Shown: positions 42,513 to 55,866 of the stretch, one piece after another
Layout: each line of letters starts with the position of its first letter
How positions within the stretch are numbered: position 1 is the stretch's first letter
Origin: Pedobacter sp.
GTDB lineage: Bacteria > Desulfobacterota > Desulfuromonadia > Desulfuromonadales > Syntrophotaleaceae
Length of the DNA: 64,000 nt
Assembly: GCA_050253415.1 (NCBI GenBank)
Contig: JBFWJC010000001.1
Span: 1,064,679-1,128,678, forward strand
Reading direction: 5' to 3'
Translations under genes and position numbers: made by a program
Notes under the pieces: generated by a model
Told to the model about the DNA's origin: nothing
The model's input: the letters and a program-made list of their open reading frames with translations, nothing else
The model's database searches: none

Positions 42513-42587
42513 GAGCGGGTTTTTCGCCATATAAAATCGTATGGTACTTTTTAACTTTTTGTAAGTTGATAATTCGGGAGTATGTAG

Positions 42588-42959
42588 ATGCCGACCATCA
42601 ATCAGCTGATTCGCAAGGGACGTGAGAAAAAGGTTCGCAAGTCCACTGCGCCGGCGCTTAAATGTAATCCGCAGAAACGCGGGGTTTGTACACGTGTTTA
42701 TACGACAACCCCTAAAAAGCCGAACTCGGCCTTGCGGAAGGTCGCTCGCGTTCGTTTGACCAACGGCATTGTTGTGACGTCCTATATCCCCGGTGTTGGA
42801 CATAACCTTCAGGAGCACTCCGTCGTTCTTATTCGTGGCGGTCGTGTGAAGGACTTGCCGGGTGTACGTTATCACATTGTTCGTGGGGCGCTTGATCTTG
42901 CAGGTGTTAAGGATCGCAAGCAAGGTCGTTCCAAGTATGGGGCGAAGCGTCCCAAGTAA
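42588..42959 (+). CDS. rpsL: 30S ribosomal protein S12
   Basis: [22 protein letters not shown]. Confidence 0.99.
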   Translation: MPTINQLIRKGREKKVRKSTAPALKCNPQKRGVCTRVYTTTPKKPNSALRKVARVRLTNGIVVTSYIPGVGHNLQEHSVVLIRGGRVKDLPGVRYHIVRGALDLAGVKDRKQGRSKYGAKRPK

Positions 42960-42970
42960 CCAGTGCGTGA

Positions 42971-43450
<480 letters not shown>

Positions 43451-43485
43451 ATAGCGGTACGGATATTAGGAAGGAATAGATAGTT

Positions 43486-45564
43486 GTGGCACGCCAAGTA
43501 GCTTTAGAGAAGACGAGAAATATCGGCATTATGGCTCACATTGATGCCGGGAAGACAACCACCACTGAGCGTGTTTTGTATTACACGGGGGTCTCTCATA
43601 AGATTGGAGAGGTCCATGATGGTGCGGCGACGATGGACTGGATGGAGCAGGAGCAGGAGCGGGGTATTACTATTACTTCTGCTGCCACGACTTGTTTCTG
43701 GAAGGATCATCGTGTCAATATCATCGATACCCCTGGCCACGTTGACTTCACTGTTGAGGTAGAGCGTTCGCTTCGTGTTCTTGATGGATCGGTTGCTGTC
43801 TTTTGCTCCGTTGGCGGTGTTGAGCCCCAGTCTGAGACGGTTTGGCGGCAGGCTGACAAGTATCATGTTCCCCGTATGGCTTTTATAAATAAAATGGATC
43901 GTACCGGCGCTGATTTTAATCGCGGCGTTACGATGATCCGTGAGCGTTTGGGGGCGAATGCTATCCCCTTGCAGCTGCCCATCGGTAAGGAAGATACCTT
44001 CTCTGGGGTCATTGACCTTGTAGAGATGAAGGCCATCGTTTGGGATGATGAGAGTCTTGGTGCCAGTTACGAGGTTACTGATATCCCTGCGGATCTTCTG
44101 GCTGAGGCCGAGTCGGCACGTGAAGCGTTGGTTGAGGAAGTCTGTACTCACGACGAAACGTTGATGGATAAGTACCTTGGCGGTGAAGAGATTAGTCTTG
44201 ACGAGCTCAAGGCTGGAATCCGTAAAGCGTGCATTGGTATAAAGATGATTCCCGTGCTTTGTGGGAGCGCTTTTAAGAATAAAGGTGTTCAGAATCTCCT
44301 TGATGCGGTGGTTGATTACATGCCTTCCCCGCTTGATATTCCGGCTATTGCCGGTGTGATTCCCGACACGGAAGATCAGGTCACTCGTCCCCCTGGTGAC
44401 AGCAATCCTTTTGCTGCGTTGGCGTTTAAGGTTATGACCGACCCCTTTGTGGGGCAGCTTACTTTCTTCCGCGTGTATTCTGGCGTGGCTGAGTCGGGCG
44501 CAACGGTTCTTAACGCGACCCGCGGTAAAAAGGAGCGCTTTGGGCGTTTGCTGAAGATGCATGCCAATAAGCGTGAAGAAATCAAGCAGGTCTATTCCGG
44601 GGATATCGCCGCAGCTGTTGGTCTTAAATTGACCACCACCGGGGATACCCTGTGTGATCCTAACTCTCCGGTTCTTTTGGAGTCGATGGAGTTTCCTGAG
44701 CCTGTTATTCATATCGCTGTAGAGCCTAAGACTAAGGCGGATATGGATAAGATGGGTCAGGCGCTTGGCAAGTTGGTCCAGGAAGACCCCACCTTGCGGG
44801 TTCGGACGGATGATGAGACAAGTCAGACCATCCTGTCCGGTATGGGCGAGTTGCATCTTGAGATAATTATCGACAGGCTGCGTCGTGAGTTTAAGGTTGA
44901 GGCAAATGTCGGTGCTCCTCAGGTTGCCTACCGTGAAACCATTACCAAGACCGTTGAAGTTCAGGGCAAGTTTGTCCGTCAGTCCGGTGGTCGTGGGCAG
45001 TATGGTGACTGTTGGTTGCGGATTGAGCCCCTCGAGCCCGGGTCCGGCTTTGAATACGTGGATGAGATTAAGGGCGGGGTCATTCCTCGTGAGTATATCC
45101 CTGCTGTTGGTAAGGGTGCTGAAGAGGCTGCCGAGAACGGTGTAATCGCTGGCTTCCCCATTGTCGATGTTAAGGTTTCCTGCTTTGACGGATCTTACCA
45201 CGACGTCGACTCGTCCGAGATGGCATTTAAAATTGCCGGTTCTATGGGTTTTAAAGCGGGTGCCGCAAAAGCAGGTCCTGTCTTGCTTGAGCCTGTAATG
45301 GCAGTCGAAGTTGTTGTCCCCGAGGACTACATGGGTGACGTTATGGGTGACTTGAGTAGCCGTCGAGGTCGCGTTGTTGGTATGGATTCGCGTGGCGGTG
45401 CCCAGGTTATCAATAGTACCGTTCCTCTCGCCTGTATGTTCGGGTATGCTACGGAACTGCGTAGTATGACTCAAGGGCGAGCCACCTATACGATGGTTTT
45501 TGATCACTACGAGCAGGTGCCCAAGGCTATTAGCGAAGAGATTATCGCACGCGTAAAGGGCTAG
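43486..45564 (+). CDS. fusA: Elongation factor G
   Basis: [24 protein letters not shown]. Confidence 0.99.
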   Translation: MARQVALEKTRNIGIMAHIDAGKTTTTERVLYYTGVSHKIGEVHDGAATMDWMEQEQERGITITSAATTCFWKDHRVNIIDTPGHVDFTVEVERSLRVLDGSVAVFCSVGGVEPQSETVWRQADKYHVPRMAFINKMDRTGADFNRGVTMIRERLGANAIPLQLPIGKEDTFSGVIDLVEMKAIVWDDESLGASYEVTDIPADLLAEAESAREALVEEVCTHDETLMDKYLGGEEISLDELKAGIRKACIGIKMIPVLCGSAFKNKGVQNLLDAVVDYMPSPLDIPAIAGVIPDTEDQVTRPPGDSNPFAALAFKVMTDPFVGQLTFFRVYSGVAESGATVLNATRGKKERFGRLLKMHANKREEIKQVYSGDIAAAVGLKLTTTGDTLCDPNSPVLLESMEFPEPVIHIAVEPKTKADMDKMGQALGKLVQEDPTLRVRTDDETSQTILSGMGELHLEIIIDRLRREFKVEANVGAPQVAYRETITKTVEVQGKFVRQSGGRGQYGDCWLRIEPLEPGSGFEYVDEIKGGVIPREYIPAVGKGAEEAAENGVIAGFPIVDVKVSCFDGSYHDVDSSEMAFKIAGSMGFKAGAAKAGPVLLEPVMAVEVVVPEDYMGDVMGDLSSRRGRVVGMDSRGGAQVINSTVPLACMFGYATELRSMTQGRATYTMVFDHYEQVPKAISEEIIARVKG

Positions 45565-45592
45565 TTGCCGTTTAAGAACAGGAGGACACTCC

Positions 45593-46792
45593 ATGTCGAA
45601 AGCAAAATTTGAAAGAACAAAGCCCCATGTAAATATCGGGACCATTGGTCACGTTGACCATGGGAAAACGACGCTAACGGCAGCTATAACCAAGAATATG
45701 GCCGCTCGTGGTCTGGCCGAATTTAAGGCCTTTGACATGATCGACAACGCTCCTGAGGAGCGTGAGCGCGGTATTACTATCGCAACTGCTCATGTCGAGT
45801 ATCAGACCGACAACCGGCATTACGCGCATGTTGACTGCCCTGGTCATGCTGACTATGTCAAAAACATGATCACTGGTGCAGCTCAGATGGACGGTGCCAT
45901 TCTGGTTGTGTCGGCTGCTGATGGCCCCATGCCTCAGACCCGTGAACATATCCTTTTGGCACGCCAAGTTGGCGTTCCCGCCATGGTAGTGTTCATGAAC
46001 AAGGCTGATATGGTTGACGATGCCGAGCTGATGGAACTTGTCGAGTTGGAAATTCGTGAGCTTTTGAGTTCATATGATTTCCCTGGCGATGATATTCCTA
46101 TCATTCCCGGTAGCGCTCTCAAGGCGCTCGAATGCGGTTGTGGAAAGGCTGATTGCGAAGCCTGTAAGCCTATTCTTGATTTGATGGATGCGGTTGACAG
46201 CTATATTCCCCAGCCTGAGCGCGATATTGATAAGCCTTTCTTGATGCCTGTGGAGGATGTATTCTCCATTTCCGGTCGCGGTACTGTTGCAACCGGTCGT
46301 ATTGAGCGTGGCGTTGTCAAGGTTCAGGAAGAGATCGAGATCGTCGGCATGAAGGCGACCGTTAAGACAGTAGTTACCGGCGTCGAAATGTTCCGTAAAC
46401 TTCTCGATCAGGGACAAGCTGGTGACAACGTCGGGCTTCTGCTTCGCGGGGTTAAGCGCGAAGACATCGAGCGTGGCCAGGTATTGGCCAAGCCCGGCAG
46501 CATTACGCCGCACACTAAGTTTAAGGCAGAAGCCTATATCCTCACCAAGGAAGAGGGCGGGCGCCATACGCCGTTCTTTAACGGTTATCGGCCTCAGTTC
46601 TATTTCCGGACTACGGACGTGACCGGCATTTGCGAACTGGCCGAAGGTACAGAAATGGTCATGCCTGGCGACAATGCCAGCATGACTGTAAACCTGATTA
46701 CTCCGATCGCCATGGATAAAGAGCTGCGCTTCGCTATACGCGAAGGCGGTCGTACCGTTGGCGCTGGTGTCGTCAGCGACATCATTGAATAG
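45593..46792 (+). CDS. tuf: Elongation factor Tu (str operon copy)
   Basis: [14 protein letters not shown], about 9 aa differences from the first copy. Confidence 0.99.
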   Translation: MSKAKFERTKPHVNIGTIGHVDHGKTTLTAAITKNMAARGLAEFKAFDMIDNAPEERERGITIATAHVEYQTDNRHYAHVDCPGHADYVKNMITGAAQMDGAILVVSAADGPMPQTREHILLARQVGVPAMVVFMNKADMVDDAELMELVELEIRELLSSYDFPGDDIPIIPGSALKALECGCGKADCEACKPILDLMDAVDSYIPQPERDIDKPFLMPVEDVFSISGRGTVATGRIERGVVKVQEEIEIVGMKATVKTVVTGVEMFRKLLDQGQAGDNVGLLLRGVKREDIERGQVLAKPGSITPHTKFKAEAYILTKEEGGRHTPFFNGYRPQFYFRTTDVTGICELAEGTEMVMPGDNASMTVNLITPIAMDKELRFAIREGGRTVGAGVVSDIIE

Positions 46793-46803
46793 AGGGAATA
46801 GCC

Positions 46804-47112
46804 ATGCAAAGCCAGAAGATCAGGATCCGTTTAAAGGCTTACGATCATAAATTGCTCGACCTTTCAGTTAACGAAATTGTGGATACCGCCAAACGTACCG
46901 GCGCTCGTGTTGCAGGGCCGATTCCTTTGCCTACGGTTATCAATAAGTACTGCGTTCTGCGTGGTCCCCATGTTGATAAGAAGAGCCGTGAGCAGTTCGA
47001 GATGCGCACCCACAAGCGGCTTCTCGATATTGTTGAGCCTACCCAGCAGACTGTTGACGCTTTGATGAAGCTGGACCTGTCTGCGGGCGTTGACGTCGAA
47101 ATTAAGTTGTAA
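46804..47112 (+). CDS. rpsJ: 30S ribosomal protein S10
   Basis: [17 protein letters not shown]. Confidence 0.99.
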   Translation: MQSQKIRIRLKAYDHKLLDLSVNEIVDTAKRTGARVAGPIPLPTVINKYCVLRGPHVDKKSREQFEMRTHKRLLDIVEPTQQTVDALMKLDLSAGVDVEIKL

Positions 47113-47141
47113 GACTTTTCTTATAAGTAAGGGAACGCACC

Positions 47142-47774
47142 ATGACGAAGGGAATCTTGGGTAAGAAGCTGGGAATGACCCAGGTCTTTGCTGCGGACGG
47201 CAAGTGTGTCCCGGTGACAGTGGTCGAAGCAGGGCCTTGCATCGTATTGCAGAAAAAGACTGAGGAAAAAGACGGCTACAATGCCCTTCAACTCGGGTTT
47301 GGGGCCAAAAAGGCTCAACGTACAAGTAAGCCAGCCATGGGTCATTTCAAAAAGGCCGGCAAGGGCATGTTCGGTTTCCTGCGGGAAGTTGAATGCGATA
47401 GTGTTGATGATCATGCGGTTGGTGATGAAATCACCTGTGGTGAATTCTTTGCTGCCGGTGACATTATTGATGTTACTGGGACCAGTAAGGGTAAGGGCTT
47501 CCAGGGCGTTATTAAGAGGTGGAACTTTGCAGGTGGTCGTGCTAGCCATGGCTCCATGTTCCATCGTCGTCCGGGCGGTATTGGTGCAAGTGCTTGGCCA
47601 TCCCGTGTTTTTAAAGGAAAGAAGATGGCGGGCCAGATGGGTAACAAGCGTGTCACCACTCAAGGGCTTGTAGTGGTTGACGTGCGTCCCGAAAAGGGCC
47701 TTGTTCTTGTTAAAGGGGCCGTACCGGGGCCTGTCAACGGCCTGTTGCTCATCCGGAAAAGCCGCAAGGTTTGA
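47142..47774 (+). CDS. rplC: 50S ribosomal protein L3
   Basis: [15 protein letters not shown]. Confidence 0.99.
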   Translation: MTKGILGKKLGMTQVFAADGKCVPVTVVEAGPCIVLQKKTEEKDGYNALQLGFGAKKAQRTSKPAMGHFKKAGKGMFGFLREVECDSVDDHAVGDEITCGEFFAAGDIIDVTGTSKGKGFQGVIKRWNFAGGRASHGSMFHRRPGGIGASAWPSRVFKGKKMAGQMGNKRVTTQGLVVVDVRPEKGLVLVKGAVPGPVNGLLLIRKSRKV

Positions 47775-47810
47775 TAGCCGGGCTGCATTTAGAGATTCTG
47801 GAGAAATACC

Positions 47811-48431
47811 ATGGCAAAAATCGCAGTTTATGACATAAACCGGAATCAGGTGTCGGAGCGGGAGCTCTCTGATGAAGTGTTTAACACTGAAGTCAAAGGG
47901 TACCTGATTCACGATATGGTTCGATATCAGCTGGCTGCCCGTCGTCAGGGAACTTCGGCCTCGAAGAACCGTGCCGCAGTTTCTGGGGGTGGCAAGAAGC
48001 CTTACCGCCAGAAGGGAACGGGTAACGCACGCCAGGGTACTGTTCGGGCGCCCCATTTCGTAGGTGGCGGGACCGCTTTTGGTCCGAGTCCTCGTGACTT
48101 CAGCTTTAAGCTGAACCGGAAAGTTAAAAAGGCCGCATTGCGCTGTGCTCTGTCTGCCCGCTTTAAAGAAGAGCGGCTGTCGGTGCTCAATGAGATTCAA
48201 CTTGATGCCATCAGTACCAAAGGTGTTGTTGAAGTTCTCAAGCGGTTTGAACTTGACAGTGTTCTGGTAATCGTTGATGGAGAAAATCAGAACCTGGAGC
48301 TATCCGCCCGTAATCTTCCTCATGTCAAGGTTCTTAAAGCCGAAGGTGTGAACGTTTACGATCTGATGAAGCATCGGAATCTGGTTGTCACCGAAGGTGC
48401 TGTCGAACAGTTGGAAGGAGCGTTAGGGTGA
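47811..48431 (+). CDS. rplD: 50S ribosomal protein L4
   Basis: [14 protein letters not shown]. Confidence 0.99.
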   Translation: MAKIAVYDINRNQVSERELSDEVFNTEVKGYLIHDMVRYQLAARRQGTSASKNRAAVSGGGKKPYRQKGTGNARQGTVRAPHFVGGGTAFGPSPRDFSFKLNRKVKKAALRCALSARFKEERLSVLNEIQLDAISTKGVVEVLKRFELDSVLVIVDGENQNLELSARNLPHVKVLKAEGVNVYDLMKHRNLVVTEGAVEQLEGALG

Positions 48432-48718
48432 TGAAGCCGCTACATGAGATACTTAAACGACCCTTGGTTACCGAAAAAACCGTTCAGCAGGAAGGCGAAG
48501 CTCAGGTTGTTGCCTTTGAAGTCAAAAGGGATGCTAACAAGGTTGAGATTAAGAAGGCTGTTGAGCATGCTTTTGAAGTCAAGGTTAAGAATGTCAATAC
48601 AGTGCTCGTCGCCGGTAAGGTGAAGCGCCTGGGTCGCACTTACGGCAAGCGTTCCAATTGGAAAAAAGCTTACGTAACCCTGGCCGAAGGTAGCTCGATC
48701 GATCTGTTCGGTGTTTAA
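48428..48718 (+). CDS. rplW: 50S ribosomal protein L23
   Basis: [14 protein letters not shown]. Start is GTG 48428 or ATG 48431. Confidence 0.98.
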   Translation: MMKPLHEILKRPLVTEKTVQQEGEAQVVAFEVKRDANKVEIKKAVEHAFEVKVKNVNTVLVAGKVKRLGRTYGKRSNWKKAYVTLAEGSSIDLFGV

Positions 48719-48751
48719 TGGGGTGCAATCAGGTAAAACGGAGTTACGATA

Positions 48752-49573
48752 ATGGCAATCAAAAAGTATAAGCCGACTTCGGCCGGCCGACGGCACATGA
48801 CCTCGGCCGATTTCGCCGACATCACTGTCGCCAAACCGGAAAAATCGCTCGTCGAAAAGCTCAGCCAGACCGGTGGGCGTAACAACGCTGGGCGCATCAC
48901 CAAGCGGCATACAGGTGGTGGACACAAGCGCAAATATCGCGTTATCGATTTTCGCAGGGAGAAAAAAGATATTCCCGCTAAAATCGTTAGCATTGAGTAT
49001 GACCCGAATCGTTCTGCCCGAATTGCGCTTTCATGCTATGCAGATGGTGAAAAACGCTATATTCTGGCACCTCTCGGGTTGAAGGTTGGGGATGTTGTGA
49101 TTGCCAGTGAGCAAGCCGATATCAAGCCCGGCAACGCTCTTTCGATTCGCTCTATACCCTTGGGTACTTGGGTGCATAACATTGAGTTGAAAGTTGGTAA
49201 GGGCGGACAGCTTGCCCGCAGTGCTGGCACCTATGCCATGATCGCTGCCAAGGAAGGGAAGTATGCACAACTTCGTCTCCCTTCAGGCGAGGTACGGTTG
49301 GTGCTGCAGGATTGCTGTGCCACAGTGGGCCAGGTAGGTAACATCCAGCATGAAAATGTAAAAATTGGTAAGGCTGGACGTAATCGTTGGCTTGGCATCC
49401 GTCCGCAATCTCGCGGTGTCGCTATGAACCCCGTGGATCATCCTCACGGTGGTGGCGAGGGTAAGAGCTCTGGTGGTCGTCACCCGGTTACACCTTGGGG
49501 CGTACCTACCAAGGGATACAAGACCCGCGTCAATAAGCGTACTGATCGCTTTATTGTTCGCCGTAAGAAGTAA
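48752..49573 (+). CDS. rplB: 50S ribosomal protein L2
   Basis: [21 protein letters not shown]. Confidence 0.99.
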   Translation: MAIKKYKPTSAGRRHMTSADFADITVAKPEKSLVEKLSQTGGRNNAGRITKRHTGGGHKRKYRVIDFRREKKDIPAKIVSIEYDPNRSARIALSCYADGEKRYILAPLGLKVGDVVIASEQADIKPGNALSIRSIPLGTWVHNIELKVGKGGQLARSAGTYAMIAAKEGKYAQLRLPSGEVRLVLQDCCATVGQVGNIQHENVKIGKAGRNRWLGIRPQSRGVAMNPVDHPHGGGEGKSSGGRHPVTPWGVPTKGYKTRVNKRTDRFIVRRKK

Positions 49574-49600
49574 ATATGTTGAAACGTAGAGGAGACCACT

Positions 49601-49876
49601 GTGGCTAGATCAATTAAAAAAGGGCCGTATGTCGAAGAGAGCCTCCTTCGTAAAGTTGATCTCGAAGGTGGAGCCGGTTCCAAAAAAGTTATTAAGACCT
49701 GGTCTCGGCGATCGACTATTTTTCCTGAGTTTGTTGGATATACCTTCGCCGTCCATAATGGTAAAAAGTTTATCCCTGTTTTCGTAAGCGAAAACATGGT
49801 AGGGCATAAGCTCGGCGAATTCGCTCCTACGCGCACCTATTATGGTCATGGTGCAGATAAGAAGAGCAAAAGGTAA
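49601..49876 (+). CDS. rpsS: 30S ribosomal protein S19
   Basis: KTWSRRS, GHKLGEF. Confidence 0.99.
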   Translation: MARSIKKGPYVEESLLRKVDLEGGAGSKKVIKTWSRRSTIFPEFVGYTFAVHNGKKFIPVFVSENMVGHKLGEFAPTRTYYGHGADKKSKR

Positions 49877-49910
49877 GTGACAAGCGATTTCGCAAGAGGA
49901 GTTTCTATTC

Positions 49911-50243
49911 ATGGAAGCTAAGGCCAAGCTTAGGTATGTGCGTCTGTCGCCTCGTAAGACCAGACTTGTGGTCGATATGGTGCGCGGAAAAGGGGTTCAG
50001 GAGGCGCTTAATATTCTGAGGTTCTCGCCCCAGAAAGCGGCCAGCATCGTTTATCAGCTCGTCGGCTCGGCTGTGGCCAACGCCGAGCAAAAAGGCGTAG
50101 CTGACGTAGATCGGCTGTTTATTGAGAGTATAGCCGTTGATCAGGGGCCCGTGCTGAAGCGCTTTATGCCGCGTGCACAGGGACGAGCCACCCGGATCCG
50201 CAAACCGACCAGCCACATTACCGTGGTTCTGAACGAAAAATGA
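49911..50243 (+). CDS. rplV: 50S ribosomal protein L22
   Basis: SPRKTRLV, PRAQGRA, TSHITV. Confidence 0.99.
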   Translation: MEAKAKLRYVRLSPRKTRLVVDMVRGKGVQEALNILRFSPQKAASIVYQLVGSAVANAEQKGVADVDRLFIESIAVDQGPVLKRFMPRAQGRATRIRKPTSHITVVLNEK

Positions 50244-50261
50244 GTTTAAGGAGGTGATGGT

Positions 50262-50894
50262 TTGGGCCAGAAAGTACATCCAATTGGATTTCGACTGGGA
50301 GTCGTTAAGACCTGGAGCTCCCGGTGGTACGCTGAGGGGGAATACTCCCAGCTTCTGCACGAGGATATAAAGCTTCGTAATTATCTCAAAAAACGGCTTT
50401 ATCATGCCGGCGTCGCTAAGATTGAAATCGAGCGAGCAGCCAGCAAGGCTAAGATCAATGTTTTTGCTGCCAGACCGGGCATCATCATTGGCAAAAAAGG
50501 GGCTGAAGTTGAAGCCCTTAAAAAAGATCTGGCCCGGCTCACCGATAAAGAAGTTTTCATCAATATTCAGGAAGTACGCAAGCCTGAAATTGATGCTCAA
50601 CTTGTCGCCGAAAGTGTGGCGACCCAACTGGAGCGTCGTGTAGCTTTTCGTCGCGCTATGAAGAAAAGCGTAAGCATGGCTCTTAAGTTTGGCGCCCAGG
50701 GAATCAAGATCACTTGTAGTGGTCGTCTTGGTGGTGCAGAAATGAGCCGCACTGAGTGGTATCGCGAAGGGCGGGTTCCTCTGCATACCCTTAGAGCTGA
50801 TATTGATTATGGATTCGCCGAGGCCAAGACCACTTACGGGATCATCGGCGTTAAGGTTCTCATCTTCAAGGGCGAAGTCCTGTCGCAGGATTAA
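50262..50894 (+). CDS. rpsC: 30S ribosomal protein S3
   Basis: [23 protein letters not shown]. Confidence 0.99.
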   Translation: MGQKVHPIGFRLGVVKTWSSRWYAEGEYSQLLHEDIKLRNYLKKRLYHAGVAKIEIERAASKAKINVFAARPGIIIGKKGAEVEALKKDLARLTDKEVFINIQEVRKPEIDAQLVAESVATQLERRVAFRRAMKKSVSMALKFGAQGIKITCSGRLGGAEMSRTEWYREGRVPLHTLRADIDYGFAEAKTTYGIIGVKVLIFKGEVLSQD

Positions 50895-50923
50895 CCAAGG
50901 GAACCGAATAGGAGTATTCTGCC

Positions 50924-51349
50924 ATGTTAATGCCCAAGAAGGTTAAACATAGAAAACAGTTCAAAGGCCGCATGAAGGGCGTTGCCTATCGCGGTAGTGA
51001 TCTCAATTTCGGGGATTTCGGACTCAAAGCGCTTGAGTGTGGGTGGCTGTCTTCCCGACAGATTGAATCTGCACGTCGCGCAATGACTCGGCACGTCAAG
51101 CGTGGTGGGAAAATTTGGATACGTATTTTCCCAGATAAATCTTTGACTAAGAAGCCTGCCGAAACCCGTATGGGTAAAGGTAAGGGGTCCCCTGATAGCT
51201 GGGTGGCTGTTATAAAGCCCGGCATGATTTTGTACGAGATGCAGGGTGTAGATAGAGAAGTGGCCTGCGAAGCATTGCGGCTGGCTGCTCATAAGCTCCC
51301 CATGAAGACCAAGATTGTAGTCAGGGAGGATGTGGCCAATGAAAGCTAG
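50924..51349 (+). CDS. rplP: 50S ribosomal protein L16
   Basis: RMGKGKG, WIRIFPD. Confidence 0.99.
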   Translation: MLMPKKVKHRKQFKGRMKGVAYRGSDLNFGDFGLKALECGWLSSRQIESARRAMTRHVKRGGKIWIRIFPDKSLTKKPAETRMGKGKGSPDSWVAVIKPGMILYEMQGVDREVACEALRLAAHKLPMKTKIVVREDVANES

Positions 51350-51527
51350 TGAGCTTCGTGACCTTACGGTTGAAGAATTGGAAAAAAAGGTGGAGGAACT
51401 GAATCAGGAGTTGTTTAACCTGAAGTTCCAATTGGCAACCGGGCAATTGGAAAATAGCGCCCGGCTTCCCCAGACGCGCAGGGATATTGCACGAGTTCAT
51501 ACCGTCCTGCGCCAAAAGCGAAGCTAA
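51339..51527 (+). CDS. rpmC: 50S ribosomal protein L29
   Basis: MKASELR...[14 protein letters not shown]...RRDIAR. Confidence 0.98.
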   Translation: MKASELRDLTVEELEKKVEELNQELFNLKFQLATGQLENSARLPQTRRDIARVHTVLRQKRS

Positions 51528-51550
51528 TCGGCACGGGGAGATAGATTTCA

Positions 51551-51817
51551 ATGAGTGAAATACGTGGCAATCGGAAAACCCGCGTCGGGGTTGTAGTTAG
51601 CGATAAGATGGATAAGACTGTTGTGGTCAAGGTTGACCAGATGGTTAAGCATCCCGTCTATAAAAAATACATCAAGCGGCGGATAACTTTTAAAGCCCAT
51701 GATGAAGAAAATCGCTGCAATGTAGGGGATAAGGTTTCTGTTGTGGAAACTCGTCCTCTGTCCCGGGACAAACGTTGGCGGGTGCGAGAAATCCTGGAAA
51801 AGAACGTAATCCTGTAG
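51551..51817 (+). CDS. rpsQ: 30S ribosomal protein S17
   Basis: [17 protein letters not shown]. Confidence 0.99.
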   Translation: MSEIRGNRKTRVGVVVSDKMDKTVVVKVDQMVKHPVYKKYIKRRITFKAHDEENRCNVGDKVSVVETRPLSRDKRWRVREILEKNVIL

Positions 51818-51829
51818 GAGATAACAGTC

Positions 51830-52198
51830 ATGATACAGATGCAGACGATGCTTGATGTAGCGGACAACTCTGGTGCGCGTAAACTCTGCTGCATCAAGGT
51901 TCTTGGTGGCTCCAAGCGGAAATATGCCGGCCTTGGTGATATCATCATCTGCTCCGTAAAGGAGGCCCTGCCCAACTCCCGTGTTAAGAAGGGTGATGTG
52001 GTAAGAGCTGTCATCGTTCGGACCGCTAAAGAAGTACCTCGTCCTGACGGGTCGGCGATCCGTTTCGATAAAAATTCCGCAGTGGTTGTCAACCAGGCCG
52101 GGGAACCTATCGGAACCCGAATTTTCGGTCCGGTTGCTCGGGAGTTACGAGCTCAGAGGTACATGAAGATTGTATCGCTGGCCCCCGAGGTACTTTAA
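51830..52198 (+). CDS. rplN: 50S ribosomal protein L14
   Basis: [19 protein letters not shown]. Confidence 0.99.
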   Translation: MIQMQTMLDVADNSGARKLCCIKVLGGSKRKYAGLGDIIICSVKEALPNSRVKKGDVVRAVIVRTAKEVPRPDGSAIRFDKNSAVVVNQAGEPIGTRIFGPVARELRAQRYMKIVSLAPEVL

Positions 52199-52220
52199 TC
52201 CGGAACTGGGAGTAAGATAA

Positions 52221-52550
52221 ATGGCAGCGAAGAAAATGCATGTCAAAAAAGATGACATGGTGATGATTATAGCGGGCAAGGACAAGGGCAAGACCGGTAA
52301 GGTCTTGCGTGTTCTGCCTGGTAAAGGACGCATTGTTGTGGAGAGTCTCAACGTTGTCAAACGGCATACGCGACCCAATCGTGTGAATACCCAAGGTGGT
52401 ATCGTCGAAAAGGAAGCTCCGCTTGATGCCTCCAATGTTGCACTCCTTTGCAGCGCCTGCAACAATCCCACGCGAACCGGCGTCAGGGTTCTCGAAGATG
52501 GGACCAAGACTCGGTTTTGCAAAAAGTGCAACGAGACCTTGGATAAGTAA
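52221..52550 (+). CDS. rplX: 50S ribosomal protein L24
   Basis: IAGKDKGKTG, EAPLDASNV. Confidence 0.99.
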   Translation: MAAKKMHVKKDDMVMIIAGKDKGKTGKVLRVLPGKGRIVVESLNVVKRHTRPNRVNTQGGIVEKEAPLDASNVALLCSACNNPTRTGVRVLEDGTKTRFCKKCNETLDK

Positions 52551-52562
52551 CGGAGGATTTCC

Positions 52563-53117
52563 ATGGGTGCCAGATTGAAGGAAGTGTTTACACAAGAACT
52601 TGCTCCCGCGTTGTTAAAGCGGCTAGAATTAAAAAATGTAATGGAAGTCCCCCGTGTCGAGAAAGTTGTATTGAACATGGGCCTGGGGGAAGCCATCCAG
52701 AATATCAAGGTTCTGGAGTCGGCTGTAGAAGAACTTACTCTTATCGGTGGGCAGAAGCCTGTAGTTACCAAGGCTAAAAAATCCATTGCGCAATTTAAGT
52801 TGCGTGAGGGGATGCCTATCGGATGTATGGTTACGTTGCGTCGCGACAAAGCGTATGAATTTCTTGATCGCTTGGTCAACGTTGCCCTGCCCCGTGTGCG
52901 CGATTTCAAAGGTGTTTCGAAAAAGGGCTTTGATGGCCGAGGAAATTACACTCTTGGTATTCGTGAGCAGCTTATTTTCCCGGAAATTGACCTCGAGAAG
53001 GTCGACAAGGTAAAAGGGCTGAATGTGACGATCGTTACCACGGCCAGAAATGATGAGGAAGGTTATGCTCTGATGGAATCCATCGGCATGCCGTTCCCTA
53101 AAAAAGCCCAAGACTAG
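52563..53117 (+). CDS. rplE: 50S ribosomal protein L5
   Basis: [21 protein letters not shown]. Confidence 0.99.
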   Translation: MGARLKEVFTQELAPALLKRLELKNVMEVPRVEKVVLNMGLGEAIQNIKVLESAVEELTLIGGQKPVVTKAKKSIAQFKLREGMPIGCMVTLRRDKAYEFLDRLVNVALPRVRDFKGVSKKGFDGRGNYTLGIREQLIFPEIDLEKVDKVKGLNVTIVTTARNDEEGYALMESIGMPFPKKAQD

Positions 53118-53128
53118 GGGAGGACGAC

Positions 53129-53314
53129 GTGGCAAAAAAATCGATGATGATCAAGGCTGCCCGGTCGAGCAAATTCAAGGTGCGGAAATATAACCGTTGT
53201 CCTTTGTGTGGGCGGCCGCGGGCCTATTATCGAAAGTTCGATATGTGCCGGATTTGCTTGCGCAAACTTGCGTTGGAAGGCAAGCTCCCCGGCGTGATTA
53301 AATCAAGCTGGTAA
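53129..53314 (+). CDS. rpsZ: 30S ribosomal protein S14, type Z (Zn-binding)
   Basis: 61 aa, RCPLCGRPR...CRIC. Confidence 0.98.
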   Translation: MAKKSMMIKAARSSKFKVRKYNRCPLCGRPRAYYRKFDMCRICLRKLALEGKLPGVIKSSW

Positions 53315-53334
53315 TTCAGTAAGGAGTTGCATTC

Positions 53335-53733
53335 ATGGCAATGACAGATCCTATAGCCGATATGCTTACTCGCATTCGTAATGCGGGACTGGCAAGGCAC
53401 CAGAAGTGCGATATGCCCTCTTCTAATCTCAAGTTGGCAATCGTTACCGTGCTCAAGGAACTCGGCTATGTCAGGAACTTTAAGGAGATCAGCGACGACA
53501 AACAAGGCGTGCTGCGGATCTATCTTAAGTTCGATAACGAAAATAACCACATCATTAACGCCATTGACCGCGTTTCTACCCCGGGTCGCCGGGTATACGT
53601 TGGGAAAGATGAAATTCCCGTTGTGAAAAACGGTCTTGGCAATGCCATCCTTTCAACTTCGAAGGGTGTTATGCACGACATTGCCGCTCGTGAAGCAGAA
53701 TTGGGTGGCGAAGTGTTGTGCTCTATCTGGTAG
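53335..53733 (+). CDS. rpsH: 30S ribosomal protein S8
   Basis: [17 protein letters not shown]. Confidence 0.99.
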   Translation: MAMTDPIADMLTRIRNAGLARHQKCDMPSSNLKLAIVTVLKELGYVRNFKEISDDKQGVLRIYLKFDNENNHIINAIDRVSTPGRRVYVGKDEIPVVKNGLGNAILSTSKGVMHDIAAREAELGGEVLCSIW

Positions 53734-53757
53734 AAGAAACGCCTAAGGAGCCAGAAA

Positions 53758-54297
53758 ATGTCTAGAATTGGGAAAAAACCCATCAATATTCCCAAGGGCG
53801 TTACGGTGTCTCAAGTCGGAGACACGGTCACCGTAAAGGGTCCTAAGGGGGAGTTGACAAAGACGATCGTTGCTGGGATACGTTTGGAAGCTGCTGATGA
53901 CCAGGTGTTGGTCCAGTGTGACAAGGAAGGGAAGCAGGAAGGGGCCTATCGTGGCCTTGTCCGAGCCCTTGTTGCCAATATGGTTGAAGGTGTCGCCAAC
54001 GGCTTTGAGCGTGTTCTTGAAATTAATGGCGTCGGCTATCGAGCCGAAGTCAAGGGTAGTGCATTAAATTTGGCCCTCGGGTATTCTCACCCGATCGAGT
54101 ATGCACTGCCTAAAGGGATCTCTGTCGAGGTTGAGAAGCAGACCAAGATAATCGTTCGTGGTATCGATAAGGAACTGCTTGGGGCTACTGCCGCCAAGAT
54201 TCGTTCCTTCCGTAAGCCTGAGCCGTACAAGGGCAAGGGCGTGAAGTATGCCGAGGAACGTATCCTGCGTAAAGCTGGTAAGACAGGGAAAAAATAA
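53758..54297 (+). CDS. rplF: 50S ribosomal protein L6
   Basis: [14 protein letters not shown]. Confidence 0.99.
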   Translation: MSRIGKKPINIPKGVTVSQVGDTVTVKGPKGELTKTIVAGIRLEAADDQVLVQCDKEGKQEGAYRGLVRALVANMVEGVANGFERVLEINGVGYRAEVKGSALNLALGYSHPIEYALPKGISVEVEKQTKIIVRGIDKELLGATAAKIRSFRKPEPYKGKGVKYAEERILRKAGKTGKK

Positions 54298-54323
54298 CGG
54301 ACCACAGGGCAAGGAGATAGACA

Positions 54324-54692
54324 GTGAACGCCGCATTGAAAAGACGCCAGGCGCGATTGAAGAGGCAGGTACGTGTTCGCCGAAAAGTGCGTGGCACGGC
54401 GGAAATGCCCAGATTGTGCGTTTTCCGCAGCGCCAAGCACATTTATGCGCAGATCATCGAAGACACCACCGGAAAGACTTTGGTCTCAGCCTCTACGGTT
54501 GCTGGTGATGTTGACGAAGCTCTGAAATATACTGGAAATATTGAGGCTGCCAAGGCTGTCGGCAAAGCCATCGCCCAGAAAGCCTTGGGCATGAACATCA
54601 AGAACGTCGTCTTCGACCGGAACGGATTCCTCTACCACGGGCGCGTTAAGACCCTGGCAGAAGCCGCCCGGGAAGCCGGTCTGTCTTTTTAG
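54324..54692 (+). CDS. rplR: 50S ribosomal protein L18
   Basis: [20 protein letters not shown]. Confidence 0.99.
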   Translation: MNAALKRRQARLKRQVRVRRKVRGTAEMPRLCVFRSAKHIYAQIIEDTTGKTLVSASTVAGDVDEALKYTGNIEAAKAVGKAIAQKALGMNIKNVVFDRNGFLYHGRVKTLAEAAREAGLSF

Positions 54693-54707
54693 TTAAGGAG
54701 GATATCT

Positions 54708-55199
54708 TTGCTTCGCATCGATCCCAATGAGTTGGAATTGACGGACCGGGTTGTACACATTAACAGGTGTGCCAAGGTGGTCAAGGGTGGACGGCGTTTC
54801 AGTTTTTCGGCGCTGGTTGTTGTCGGTGATGGTCAAGGCGTTGTCGGATTTGGGCATGGTAAAGCAAAAGAAGTGCCCGAGGCGATTCGCAAAGGCGTGG
54901 AACAGGCTAAAAAAAATCTGATTCGCGTTCCTTTGAAGGATCGGACCATACCTTTTGACGTTATCGGAAAATTTGGCGCAGGCCGGGTTTTGCTTAAACC
55001 TGCATCGGCAGGTACAGGCGTTATCGCTGGTGGAGCCGTACGTGCAGTTCTGGAAGTTTCCGGGGTTGGCGATATTTTGTCAAAGTGTATCGGTTCCAAT
55101 AATCCACACAATGTGGTTCGTGCGACCATGAACGCCTTATCTCGCCTCAAGAGTGCAGATGAGTTGCGGGCATTGCGCGGTGCCGATAACGAAGAATAA
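54708..55199 (+). CDS. rpsE: 30S ribosomal protein S5
   Basis: [19 protein letters not shown]. Confidence 0.99.
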   Translation: MLRIDPNELELTDRVVHINRCAKVVKGGRRFSFSALVVVGDGQGVVGFGHGKAKEVPEAIRKGVEQAKKNLIRVPLKDRTIPFDVIGKFGAGRVLLKPASAGTGVIAGGAVRAVLEVSGVGDILSKCIGSNNPHNVVRATMNALSRLKSADELRALRGADNEE

Positions 55200-55222
55200 T
55201 GCCAGCCGACGAGGAGGGCTTC

Positions 55223-55402
55223 ATGGCCGGACAAATCAAGGTGACCCTGAAAAAGAGCGGCATCGGTCGCAAGGAATATTTTACAAAAGTTCTTAAAGGT
55301 CTTGGCCTGACCAAGCTCAATAAGACTGTGGTTCTCACTGATACTCCTGAGATCAGAGGTATGATCCGTAAGGTGTGCCACATGGTCGTGGTTGAAGACT
55401 GA
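55223..55402 (+). CDS. rpmD: 50S ribosomal protein L30
   Basis: [11 protein letters not shown]...LGL...RGMIRKV, GAGGAGG RBS. Confidence 0.97.
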   Translation: MAGQIKVTLKKSGIGRKEYFTKVLKGLGLTKLNKTVVLTDTPEIRGMIRKVCHMVVVED

Positions 55403-55421
55403 GAGAGCGAGGGATATAGGT

Positions 55422-55865
55422 ATGGATCTGAGTAATTTGCGGCCGGCTATCGGCTCAACAAAGAATCGGAAGCGCCTCGGACGTGGCCCTGGTTCCGGAA
55501 ATGGTAAAACCGCCGGTAAAGGTCATAAAGGGCAAAACGCTCGCAGTGGTGGCGGTGTAAAGCCCGGCTTTGAGGGCGGTCAGATGCCCCTTCAACGTCG
55601 TTTGCCTAAGCGAGGTTTTAAATCTTTGAACAAGAAGGTTTATGCTCTCGTTAATCTTCGCGACCTGCAGGAGCTGTTTGAAGCCGGCAGTGTGGTGGAT
55701 ATTGAAGCCTTTGGTCAAAATGGTCTTGTAAACAAGATCTATGATGGCATTAAGGTTCTTGGCGATGGTGACCTGAATAAGGCGCTGACTGTCAAGGCTC
55801 ATAAGTTCAGTCAATCTGCCGTTGCTAAGATAGAAGCGGCTGGCGGGAAAGCTGAGGTCATTTAA
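55422..55865 (+). CDS. rplO: 50S ribosomal protein L15
   Basis: [15 protein letters not shown]. Confidence 0.99.
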   Translation: MDLSNLRPAIGSTKNRKRLGRGPGSGNGKTAGKGHKGQNARSGGGVKPGFEGGQMPLQRRLPKRGFKSLNKKVYALVNLRDLQELFEAGSVVDIEAFGQNGLVNKIYDGIKVLGDGDLNKALTVKAHKFSQSAVAKIEAAGGKAEVI

Positions 55866-55866
55866 A

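Noticed and set aside
43504..45645. 713-aa antisense ORF over fusA (similar ones over tuf, nusG, rplK/A, rpoC and proS)
   Set aside because: Shadow ORFs caused by codon bias in highly expressed genes.
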